64,000 nucleotides of DNA from Carcharhinus amblyrhynchos. Lineage: Eukaryota. This document shows positions 14,701-26,700 of the stretch, piece by piece (within the stretch, counting starts at the first letter, position 1; every line of letters begins with the position of its first letter). The position numbers and the translations under genes are program-made. The stretch is taken from contig OZ336872.1 in NCBI GenBank assembly GCA_965287045.1, positions 100,316,001 through 100,380,000 of the forward strand, given 5' to 3'. The notes under the pieces are model-generated. The model saw only the letters and a list, made by a program, of their open reading frames with translations, had not been told where the DNA came from and did no database searches.

Positions 14701-17700
14701 GTGAGCACTATACAAAAGTAGCACATTACAGACAAAGCATTGGAATCATTTTCAATTTGGCAAAAAAAAACAAGCCATGCCCATTATGTAAAGAGCAGCA
14801 ATACTGGGGAATGCTACAACTTTCTGCAAGTTGTAGATAAGCTTCCTACACGTCAATTGATTACACGTAAATCAACTAAGTAAGAAACATTTCAGCTGCA
14901 TAGTGCTACCAATTTTATTTCTCCCTCATATCCGCAATGCCAACGTACGGTTGGATTCTCAACTTTGAGCTTGGGATATTGGTCACAGAAACAGCACAAA
15001 AAAAGGCCATATACCAGCCAAAAAAATGCTGTCTTATATCCTCTTTGACCACCCAGATTATCAGTCCCACTACTTCAAATGATCTATGGACATCCACTCC
15101 ATGGACCCACTGTTTACACTTCTCAGAACAACCATTTATTGTCTACCCTTGCCTTGCAAACTTTGCATGCCTTTCTAAAATGCATTACTTATCAATTCTC
15201 TCGAGTGAATTCTATGCGCCACTTTCCTGCCTTCCTGACCTGTCTACTGGAATCTTCCTGCTACAACTGTTTTCCGTGCTATTAACCACACGGTCATCTT
15301 TTCCACTATCTGCAAACTTATCAATCACACTTGATACATTTACATCTAAAGCCATGATATATACCATGGTCCATCCGTAAGGTACCAAGCAGAGTTTCGC
15401 AAAACACCACTCAAAATGGTCAGACATACCGATTGATCAATACCTTTGTTTCCAGCCATGGAACCAATTTTGTACCCAACTTGCCAATTGCTCTTGAATC
15501 CCCTGGGCTTTTACTTCTCTAATGAATCTTCTTCTATTCAATTTACCAAAACCTTTCATAATTTTAAATAGTTATATCTCCTCTTAGCTTTCACCGCTCC
15601 AATAAAAACAGCCCCAGCATCCCATGTCCTACCTCAATGATGATTTCCTTTACCTAACATGCCATGAGTTCATACTGTGCAGTGTGGCTTCAATGTCTTT
15701 TCTAAATTTAAATCATATGCTTCATCATCCACGTGCTGTATATAGATCTGTAAATACTCCCGACAGGAATATTCCCACATTGGTTTTATAGTATCACTGA
15801 TTAAAACCAGCTAGAATTCCTTTTGCATTTTTACCTTTAACTTTAATACCAAGTTTCTTCAAGGCCTCCTCAACAGTCTGACTCTCCTTTTTCCGCATGA
15901 AACCATTGTCAATGTGAACAGCAATTACTTGGTCTTGGTTCAAAGCCTTATTTAACAAGGCTGTGCACACTGTAGAATCTACTCCACCACTTAGTAATAC
16001 CTATGGATTAAGTGACAACAGACAGAATTTCCACAGTGAAATCTGGTTATGTTTATTAAAGCAAATGTGTGCAATGGAATGTAAAACATGTTTTTCATTA
16101 TTGTACAAATTGTAAAATATCAGTAAAGCTTACCAAAACTTTGGAATGTCCTACTTTCTTTTGTATCTCTCTGATACATTCTACTTCTCTGCTCTGGACT
16201 GTGAATGTTCCGCTACAACCAGCTATATCAAACAAGAAATTCTTCAAAATGTCTTTGCCATGCTCTGTCAAATCTACTTCCGGGTGGAACTGAACACCAT
16301 AGAGCTTCTTGGATTCATTTGCTATTGCTGTATACAGTTCAAACAGAAAATTAACACACACATTTTAAAATACTCTTTTGTACAAGATCAAGTATGAAAC
16401 ATTTCTAAAATAGGCAATACTCCACATTCTCACTTGTTTTAATTTCATCAACTAAGCATTTCGAAATACGTCCCTTATAAGTAGAAGCTTTACAATAAAC
16501 ATCAACCACAGAAATAAAGTTGTATTATTCATTGATAGAAACAAGCTTACACCAGCCAGCTTCCACACTTTTAAGCTATCTCAGTAGTGACTTTGTGGGG
16601 AATCACTTGACCAGTTACTCACACAAAATTCTTTATTGCCAGTTCCAGAGTGGAACACCTGAAGGCCAGCCCTGGGATATCATATGGAAATCTCACTGTA
16701 GTCATACAAAGAGCTTTGCCAACCCTGGTCTGCCAACCATTAGATATGTTTGGCAGAGCACCAAATTCCCTCTCATTTTTCCTTCTTGTGTAGAACATCA
16801 TTGTACAGCACCTGCCCTCAGAGAAAGCAGTGACTGTTTCTACTATTAATTCGACTGCTTTATTATAGGCAATTACACTTCACTGCCCACAAACACAATA
16901 TACATTCCACTTTGGAAGGGATAGATAGATAGAGCTATAAATTATGATTTTACCTCAATCTGCAATGCAAAATCCTCTTAAAGCAATTACAAGATGAAAA
17001 ATAATGTCCGGGAATTATAGGTTCGCCCATTTAAGACAAAGGTGAGAAGGAATTTCTTCTCTGAAGGTAGTGAATCTGTGGAATTCATTACCATGAAGGG
17101 CTGAGGAGGCTGGATCATTAGGTACGTTCAGGGCTCAACTAGATTATTAAACAGTAAAGGAATCGAGGTTTATGGGGATAAGGCAGGAAAGTGGAGTTGA
17201 GGATTATCATAGAATCCTACAGTGCAGAAGGAGGCCATTCGGCCCATCAAGTATGCGCCAAGCACAATCCCACCCAGGTCCTATCCCCATAACTCCATCC
17301 ATTTACCCTAGCTAGTCCGCCTGACACTAGGAAGCAACTTAGCATGACCAATCCACCTAACCCACACATCTTTGAACTGTGGGAGGAAACCAGAGCGCCC
17401 AGACGAAACCCACGCGGACACAAGGAGAACGTGCAAACTCCCCACAGAGAGTGACCCAAGCCAGGAATTGAATCTGGGTCCCTGGTGCTAAGGCAGCAGT
17501 GCTAACCACTGTGCCACCATGCTGCCCCTAATCATTTCAGATCAGTCATGATCTCATTGAGTGGCAGAGCAGACTTAATGGGCCAAATGGCCTACTTCTG
17601 CTTCAAAGTTACACTCATTTAAATCTTACGCACACTTACTAAACCAATAATCTAACAGAAAGTACTGTGGGCTACAGAGCTTGATCAGGCAGCAGAAAGC

Positions 17701-20700
17701 TTTGACAAAACAAATAGTTTTCTCATTCCTCCCTCCACCACATTTTAGACGATCAGTTTACCAGGAAATAGTTTCAACGGTGGAGTAGGACCAAGGGAGG
17801 AGGAAGCATAAAATAATGCCTTCCTTTCTACGATATTATTCTGAAAAAAATAGTTGAAAGGTCTCCTACCTCACAGGAGATATTCCCAGTTTTACCATAT
17901 ATTTTCTACCATAAGTGGAGGCCCATCATTTAAGGTATCCCCTGCCAGAAGGGAGCTGGTCCACCAGGGCAACTACAAGAACTCCAGAATGCATTGTACG
18001 CATCGGGATTCCTTTGTGGCTCTTGACGCTGATGCAGTGTCTCAGCTGAGAAAATTCATTAACAATTGGATACTGGCATATAAAAATCACCAGACACACA
18101 AGAAAAATCACTGTGATAGTATACTGGTCATAATCACAGCATGGATAAATTGTTGACTTCCCATTTGAAAACAATGCGTCTGTCACACTACATTCAAAAT
18201 GCACGCAAACACAGTCAAACCTGGATTCACAAGTACTCATTGCTAAATATACCTGCTGCAATGTTTCCAGATTGTGCAACGACTTTGAAGCCCTCTGCCA
18301 CCTTGTCCACACTGTCACCGTGAGTGAGCAGAACAACCTCATCTTTCTGCAGACCTCTAATGGAGAGGGAATTTAAGAAATATAGAAAAATAAACAATAA
18401 TAAAACATGAGAACTGCATAAGAGGAGGGTAACGTTTTTAACAATGTTTAACAAAAGCCAAAATGAAATTGCTGATTCCATGGAAAATAATTCTAATTTT
18501 TTTCTTTAGGGCTGGGAAGAGGAGAATTTAAGAAAAAATATGAGACCTAAGCTTTAATGCAGAAAAAATTGCATAAAGCTTTTCAGTTTCAATACATTTC
18601 TAGCCTTGCTTTCTATATACAAAGTAGGTTTCATCAGCATAGCACAAAATGCAGAGACTATGGAAACTAAATAGTGCAAGAAACATTTTGGTATCTTGGT
18701 CAGGAAGGTTCATTAACTTTTCTTCAGAACAAAAAAAATGAAAATACATTTGATTTAAAATACGTCATCAGTACCTGAACAGTGAACAGTTATTATCCAC
18801 ATTTATTGTAAATAGGCCATCTTCTCTCACATTCTTTCTGTGCACTGTACCTCCAAAAACTTTATTCATCATCTGTGAATGTAAATACAAATTGGTTTCT
18901 ATGTAATGCTTCAATCTTCTTCTACATAAAACTTGAAATTCTAATCCACTATCAAACAGACAAACATCAAAGACAACTAATGAAAATCACATTTTACAGC
19001 AGTTAAAAAAAACACAAGTGCATAATTCAGCACAACAGCTTTAAATAAAATTATGCCACCATAATACTTCTAATAAAAAGATATAGACAAAAGCTTTAGG
19101 AACATAGGAAAAAGGAACAGGCCATTCAGCCCTTCCAATCTACTCCACCATTCTAGAAAATCACTGCTAATCTTCTACCTCAGGCAATTTTGCCAACTAT
19201 TTCCACATCTCTTGATATCTTTAATATCAAGAACATTATTGAATACACACAATGGCTGAGTCTTCACAGACACAGTAGAGAATTCCAAAGATTCATCACC
19301 CTAAGTGAAATTAGCCCTATTCTTTACCATACACTTACATTAATGATCTGAATTTGTGCACAGTACCTGCATTCCATAGCAGATTCCAAGAACAGGTTTG
19401 CCAATTGTAAATATTGCTGGATCAAACCATGGAGCATCTTCGGCATAGACAGAACTCGGCCCCCCCGATATGATGATAGCTCTGTAAAGTAGAAATAGTA
19501 TTTAAGAACAACGAACTTGCATATTTGTAAGAATGTGATAACTGCATTACAGTAAGCTGGTAATCAAATTCTATAACGAAAGATAGAAAAACTTACAATG
19601 CAAGAGATTAAGTGGTTTATAATAAAAAAGAAAAGTAGAAAGTAAAAGAGGGAATTCTAAAAAAACTGGAATTTAATACAAAAAGGAATGGAACAGTGAG
19701 TGTGCAAAATAGAACAAGATGTACTGTTGTAGAAAGTGTTGATTGTTTGATTTGACTTATTATTGTCACATGTATTAATATTCAGTGAAAAGTATTGTTT
19801 CTTATGTGCTATATAGACAAAGTATACTGTTCATAGAGAAGAAAAGGCAAGAGTGCAGAATGCAGTGTTACAGTCACAGCTAGGGTATACAGAAAGATCA
19901 ACTTAATGGAAGGTAGGTCCATTCAGAAGTCTGATGGCAGCAGGGAAAAAGGTGTTCTTGAGTCAGTTGGTACATGTCCTCAGACTTTTGTATCTTTTTC
20001 CTCGACAGAAGAAGGTGGAAGAGAGTATGTCCAGGGCGTGTGGGGTCCTTAATCATGCTGACTGCTTTTCTGTGGCAGTTACAAAGTTAGTCTCTCTTTG
20101 TTTTTTATAAAAGCACGATCAATTTGATTGGTGAAATTGGCTAATGAGCACTGCGCTTCAACTCCATGAAAATGCCAGACTTAAGTCATGTTTCCCAGTT
20201 ATCTTAATCACAAGTGCGTTCTTGAACTTAAAAAATTTTAAAGAAAGATACACAAATACATTTCAATATGCTACAATCTAAGTGCTAAAATTAACATACC
20301 ACATGGAAAGTTTTTAAAGCTCTGAAGGCGCAAAACTACCTCTTCTATGTCTTATCTCATTGTTAAAAGTCATTTAGCATTCACATACCAGATATACACT
20401 TACTCCTATTTATGTTCCATTCACTTTTTCGAACCTTGCTGGTATTTTTCATCATTATCTAAGACTATTAAATACATGAACAACACATTCGCATGAAATT
20501 CTGTATTTGTAACTTAAAAGGAATTTGGAATAGGCAACCCAAACAATAAACATACCCCACCATGGAGGTAATTTCAGTAGGACTGCTATTCTTCCAAGGG
20601 GTCTTGCAACCAAGAATGGATGAATGACAATTTTAATGCTTCCCTATTAGGAACATAGAAACCCTAAGTGCAGAAAGAGGCCATTGGGCCCATCAAGTCT

Positions 20701-23700
20701 GCACCGATCACAATCCCACCCAGGCCCTACCCCCATATCCCACTAACCTACACATCTCAGGAAACTAAGGGACAATTTTAGCAAGGCCAATTGACCTAAC
20801 CCGCATATCTTTGGACAATCCAAAGGGCTGGAGTGAAATGTTAGAAAGTTTTACCCACCTAAAAAGTGCTTTATGATTACAATCATATTGTAAAAAAAAT
20901 AAAAAATTATAATATATATATATTTCAAAGTGAATAAATACCAACATCCAGACTCATCCATTTAAGATGCACCAAAAATTGATTCCTACCGAAAACCATT
21001 CTCCTTGATTGCAAAAGCAGGCGTCTCCAATGGCAGGATTTCTGACTGTACAAAAAGTTCTCTGACACGCCGATCAATCACTTTTCCATACTGTGCTCCT
21101 GCATCAAGAATCACAAGGGCCCCTTCATATTGACATCTGACATCCTTGATGTCTCGTCCAGCAGTCTCCTATTCAAGAATGAGGAGGAGTGGAAGAGAAC
21201 TGATGACAGAATATTTTTACAACTGATTTACAAAACTTCTGAGAAATCGCTACGTTGCTGAAAGACATAATGTATTAAACCTTGGTGGACCACAATTGCA
21301 CAATTGAAAGTACACAACAGTTCAATGCTGTGCAATTTTAAAGTCAAACTGGTCAAATTGTTAAATCAAACTCCCTCCCATAACAACGCTGTGGGGCTGC
21401 AGCAGTTCAAGTGGCTTACCAGCACCTGTTCAAGGGCAATAAGGAATGGACATTAAAAACCGATTTTCCTAAGTAAACACTAAAAATTAAACATATGCTA
21501 TAATCTTAAAAGTTTAGGTAAACAAAGTTTCTAGAAACTTTATAAAAAAGAGACTAGATGTCAAAAGTGATCAAAGCATCAAAATCATTTTTATTAACAA
21601 TAAGGCAAATGATTGGAGCTGAAATGATCTAGGCTGCTTCAAGGCACCTATCATTAAAATATAAACCCAAAACCAGTTCTTCTTATACGTTGGAACACCA
21701 AAGATAACATCTCAAACTAATATTAGCTACTGACTGATGACGCCCATTTAGAAAAGTCAGGACAAGAAATTTATTTAGGTTTCTAGAGAAATATAATTCA
21801 AATGCCTGCAGTAAACACTTTCAATTCAAAAGTAATTTCTGGTGCAACTATTTTGGAGATAGTGTCAGCTCCAAACACATCTCAAAAAAAATTGTTGGCA
21901 GTATATATACTTACTCCGTCATATTTTCAATAGCCATCTTCTCCCAGATCACGTCTTCTTTGCCTTCATTTTGCCTGGGGCCAGTAGCAGTAGTAAAATC
22001 CAGCCACTGACAGCACATTATCAATGCAAATTTCATTTGGCTTTGAATATTGATCCATTGTCATTTTTGCTCATTACCTTATCGTAGAATCCCTACAGTG
22101 GAGAGGGAGGCCACTTGGCTCATCAAGCCTGCACCAACAACAATCCCACCAAGGTCCTACCCTGCACTAATTGGTTCATTTGATAGCATCACACAATTCT
22201 CCTAGATTGGGGGTTCAAACTGCCTTTAAACTCGAGTATATTTATCTAGGAGGACATTTCAGTGCTGTGTTACTGTTTCAGAAATGTCATTAATCAGTTA
22301 AAACATTGAACTGGGACCCTATCCGCCTGTTTTGGTCATTTTGTTTGACAGAAAATACCCCAAAGCAATATTTGAAGAACAGAGACTTCCTCTTTCAACC
22401 AAGTAGACGTGTAAATTGCCTTCTGCTTTTACTGACAAGATTTTGATCACACTGCCAGAGAAAAAGTAATTTATCATTGAAATTTTGCAACATCCTGAAA
22501 ACTGTAGTAATGCAAATTAATGCATTACCATTTGAATATACATTATTTCTTACTTCAGAACATAGAATAATAGCACTGTTCTAGGTCAGTCTCTTCTCCA
22601 CCTTTAGGTTGGACCATGTAACCAGGTTTAGTTGAAATCTGTTACTTTCTGAAATATACTGTTTACAAACAGGCAAAAACATCATGTTACAATTATGAGG
22701 GATGATGTTTTGGGACTCTTTTTTTTTTGTTTTTATTCCAATTCAATCCAATCAAGTCCAATTCAGAGTCTCAACAAGTTGAGACATTCCTGATCCAAGC
22801 TAAGACAGAGGTCTCGCCTCCTGTCTTGGGCTTGATCTACATGATCCAAGCTGACTGGAGTAGGCATACCTCCTCCTCCAAGGCTTGATCTCATCTGCAT
22901 CTTACAAAAAGACTAAGGTGCTGCTTTAAAAAATTGCTTCAAATGAAGCTGAAATGTAACCTAATGACTTCAACCAAGCACTGCATGTCCGTACTACACT
23001 TGATCTTAGCCAGAGGTCACGTGTTCTGTTCTCAAATCTGCCTGAAAGCAAGCCTTGATGGTTGGATTGTCAGAGATTGAAGAGATCCAGATTGTTTTTA
23101 CCAGGAAAAAGGTGCAAAGTATTTATACTTGGAGACAACAGCAGCAGCCTGTGTGCTAACAGTGGGTAAACTGAGACACTCCAAGTAGAAGCATTGACAA
23201 TGTTGGGCTGTAAAAATTATAAACTATTTACTTCCAAGATCAAGAAGAGTTGAGATCTCAAGGACAGCTATCAGCGTATCTACTTGGATAAAGATAGTCT
23301 GCCTGGATCCAGGGTAGAACAGGTAGATAGTCTACGGTTCACTGTGTAGAAATGCAGGTGGAAGCACGTACTCGGATTGGGGAGCCCAAATTCGTGGGGA
23401 GTGAAAATGAGGTTGGAAAATTTGCCTAGCTTTAGCTAGAGGGAGATGATTCCAGGAAACTTCATGCCATGAAAGGCAGTTCTGGAGTTAAAAGACTGGG
23501 AAAGGAAAAAGATCAGAAATAAATCCTCAGGAGACAGGAATCATCTTGGACTGATTCTGGTAGAACTGAATGTCTACTTAAAGGGCAATGTAATGTGTAC
23601 AATACTTCTTTTCCAATTACATTAAAAATTTTATTCAGCGGTTTAAAGTATAGTATTTTAGTGTTTAGTCAATAGTGTTTTGGGTCTGTTTGTTGCAGCA

Positions 23701-26700
23701 AGCATCTTAAAACATGAAATCTGTCAGCTATTAACTGGAAATTTGAATTTCCTTTCAAAAGTTCTCAGTCTCTATGGGGATCCAACATTATTGTTGCCTA
23801 TTTGCCTTATCTCCCAATGTTAATGGATCCTTTAAAATATTCCAGAACCGTGATTCCGAACTTCACCAAAAACTAATTAGTTCCTCATTCCCTATGTACC
23901 AAGTTTAATGAAATGAACATAGTAGTTTTTGAGATGTATTGTTTGCAGACAAACAGGCCACCAAACAGGCAAAATATTACCTCACTCATCTTCAATGGCA
24001 GAGGTAATCAGCAAATAACGCAACATCACACTTGAATAGAGGCGCTTGAAAAACAAAACCAAAGAAAGGGGTATAAAGAAGAATAATAAATGGAAATTCA
24101 AAGAGCTTGGGAAGAAAGTTAAAAAATAATTTAGAAAGCTAAAAGAAACTACACAGACGAATTGACCAGTGTTCTACAGGTATGTAAATGACAAATTGGC
24201 ATAGGGTTAGAGACACTAAGGTATGCATAAAACAAACGCCCAAATACTAACAGTGAAATGACAGAAATTTCTCACAGGTAGGCATATTAGAACAGATGGA
24301 AAATAAAAGATATTCAGGTTAGAAATTAGGAAAATATTTCATAAGCTAATCAAACAAGAGGATAAGACCACTAGTTCAGATAGATTGCATCCTCGCATAC
24401 TGAAGTGAGTTACAAAAGAGGTGGCAGAAGCACAATTAAATGAGGGAATAGTGTCAGAGAATGGGTGAACTGGTAATACTATTCCTCAACTTAAAAAGGG
24501 ACAAAGCACAAGTCCAGTAAATGAAAGAAAAGGTGACGGAAAAGATAATGGAACCCTTACACAAAGATATAAACGTCAAATATGTAATAAGAAATTTCAA
24601 AATGGAAGACTTTCTTGACTAACCTTATTGAACTATTTAAAGAGTAACGAAAAGAGTTGACACGGGTCAACTCTTTTTGCATTTAGCAAATGCAACATAT
24701 TAGGATTTTCGAAATGGTCCCCAATAGAACAGTCTCATATTTCAGAATGCACAGAACAATTAGGGCACAGGAGTTGGCCATTTCGCCTAACCATGCTGAG
24801 TCTCTGATGAGCAATCTAGTCAGTCACACACCCTCACTCTAGCCACTTAACCCTGCAAGTTTATTTTCCAGAAGTGCCAATCCAAGTTCCATTCCATACA
24901 GGGCAGCATGGTGACACAGTGGTTAACACTGCTGCCTCACAGTGCAAGGGATTCAAGTTCAATTCGGGCCTCTGGTGATTGTGCGAAGTCTGCACATTTT
25001 CCCCATGTCTAAGTGGGTTTCCTCCAGGCACTCCGGTTTTCACCCACAGTCCAAAGATGTGCAGGTTAGGTTGTTTGGCGGGGGGGGGGATGGTTTGCAC
25101 TAAGGCAGAGTGGGCATATAAGGCAAATAATTTCAATACAGATGATCATGATTATTTTGGGAAGAATAAGGAAGGTGTCTACGGCTTGAATAAGACTTTG
25201 TGTGGGACTGAGGACAAAGGGATCTAGTGGTACAAATACACAAAACACAAACAGTAGCATGCACTGAGATTCACTTTGAGATGAGTCAAATACAAAAGAA
25301 GTTATGTTAAAATCAGGAATTCCAACAAGACCACACTCACAAGTGTGTGTACAGTTCTAGTCTCCGTACCATAAAATATCTAGAGGCATGTGAAAAAGGT
25401 GCAAGAAAGATCAATAAAAATAATCATACCTATCAGGAAAGATTGAACCAAAAGGGTCTTTCTCTTGAAAAGAGGAGAGACCTAAAAGCGCCCTGATTAT
25501 GGAGCTCGATGTGGAAATGACCAGGGGTCATAAATATAATAAATCCAAAAGGGAATTCAGGAAAAACTTTATCTAAATAGGGTGAATGTGGAACATGCTA
25601 CAGTGCAGTAGTTAAGGGAGTTAGCAGATACATTTAAGGGGAAATAGTCATGTGGACTCAAAAGATTAGCTCTGCTGCTCTCTCCAAAAACACTGCCAAA
25701 CCTGTTGCATAATCCAGCATTTTCTGTTCTTATTTTACATTTAAAGGGAAGCTAAAGAAGCACGAGGGATAAAGGAGTAAGATTTCCTGGTAGGGTTGGA
25801 ATGAAGAGGGATGGAAGGAGCTTTGTGTTGAGCAGAAATATTGGCATGGATGCATAGTCTTGTTTCTGTGCTCTAGACGCTATGCTCTGGATTTAATGGT
25901 CAATGGTAAAGGAATTGCTCAGTACACTGACAACTGCTTGAAAAGTTTCCACAGGCCTCTGAGAAGCGGCTTCCTGTCACCCAATCAACCAGACTGTAGA
26001 ATTCTCAGACACAAAGGCCAAATCAGCAAGTATAAATTAGATTCAAATAATGGACAGAAAACGCAGATTAAAAAGCAATAATTAAATTTTGCAATGAATG
26101 AGATTCTACATTTGTAAAATTAAGTTCAGTGCCAGAGATTGCTTGATACTAATTTTGACTTATCACACCATTAAAAACTTACTTACACCTGAACGAACAA
26201 GTTATTTTTCTTCTAGCGCCTTTAGTGTGACTATCACAGGTTCAAGCCTTTAAATAGATTGCAATAAATTTAACCCAGTCTGTGAACCAATAGGGTAATG
26301 TGACCATAACTTCTAGGTTTCTGCATATTCACACTGTCGAAACTAGAAGTCACCATGTGAACAATTACTGACATAAACCCTATAACTGCCTTTAATTTGA
26401 TCTATAACTTTGTTGTGCATCTTTTCTGATGGTGAACCTCTACCAGAGCTCTTCCATCATAGACTGAAAAACCTATTTTTTTTCTGATTTCCTCAGCTCA
26501 ATGTTATGTTGCTAACCTTAGGACGCTTCTCTCCACAACTTCTCTTGAATCATAGTGACCATGTGCAGGGTTGAAAGAAACATAATTCACCAAAGGTAAG
26601 AAATTTACAGTACATCAAAGTACTGACAAGGCATCATCCCGCACAAAAAAACACCGATTCTGAACAGCAATTACAATATTTTATACTCATAAGGCACTTC

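Noticed and set aside
17400-17528. tRNA gene-like A/B boxes here and in other SINE heads
   Set aside because: They are SINE heads continuous with the V-core, not complete cloverleaf tRNAs
17870-18045. Possible cryptic cassette exon in GMPS intron 5 (ttttctcag acceptor, GAG|GTAGGA donor)
   Set aside because: Splice-like motifs only, frameshifting length and no homology support. RNA-seq would be needed.
22992-23012. Functional U2 snRNA gene
   Set aside because: Only nt 18-38 match. There is no Sm site or 3' stem-loops.
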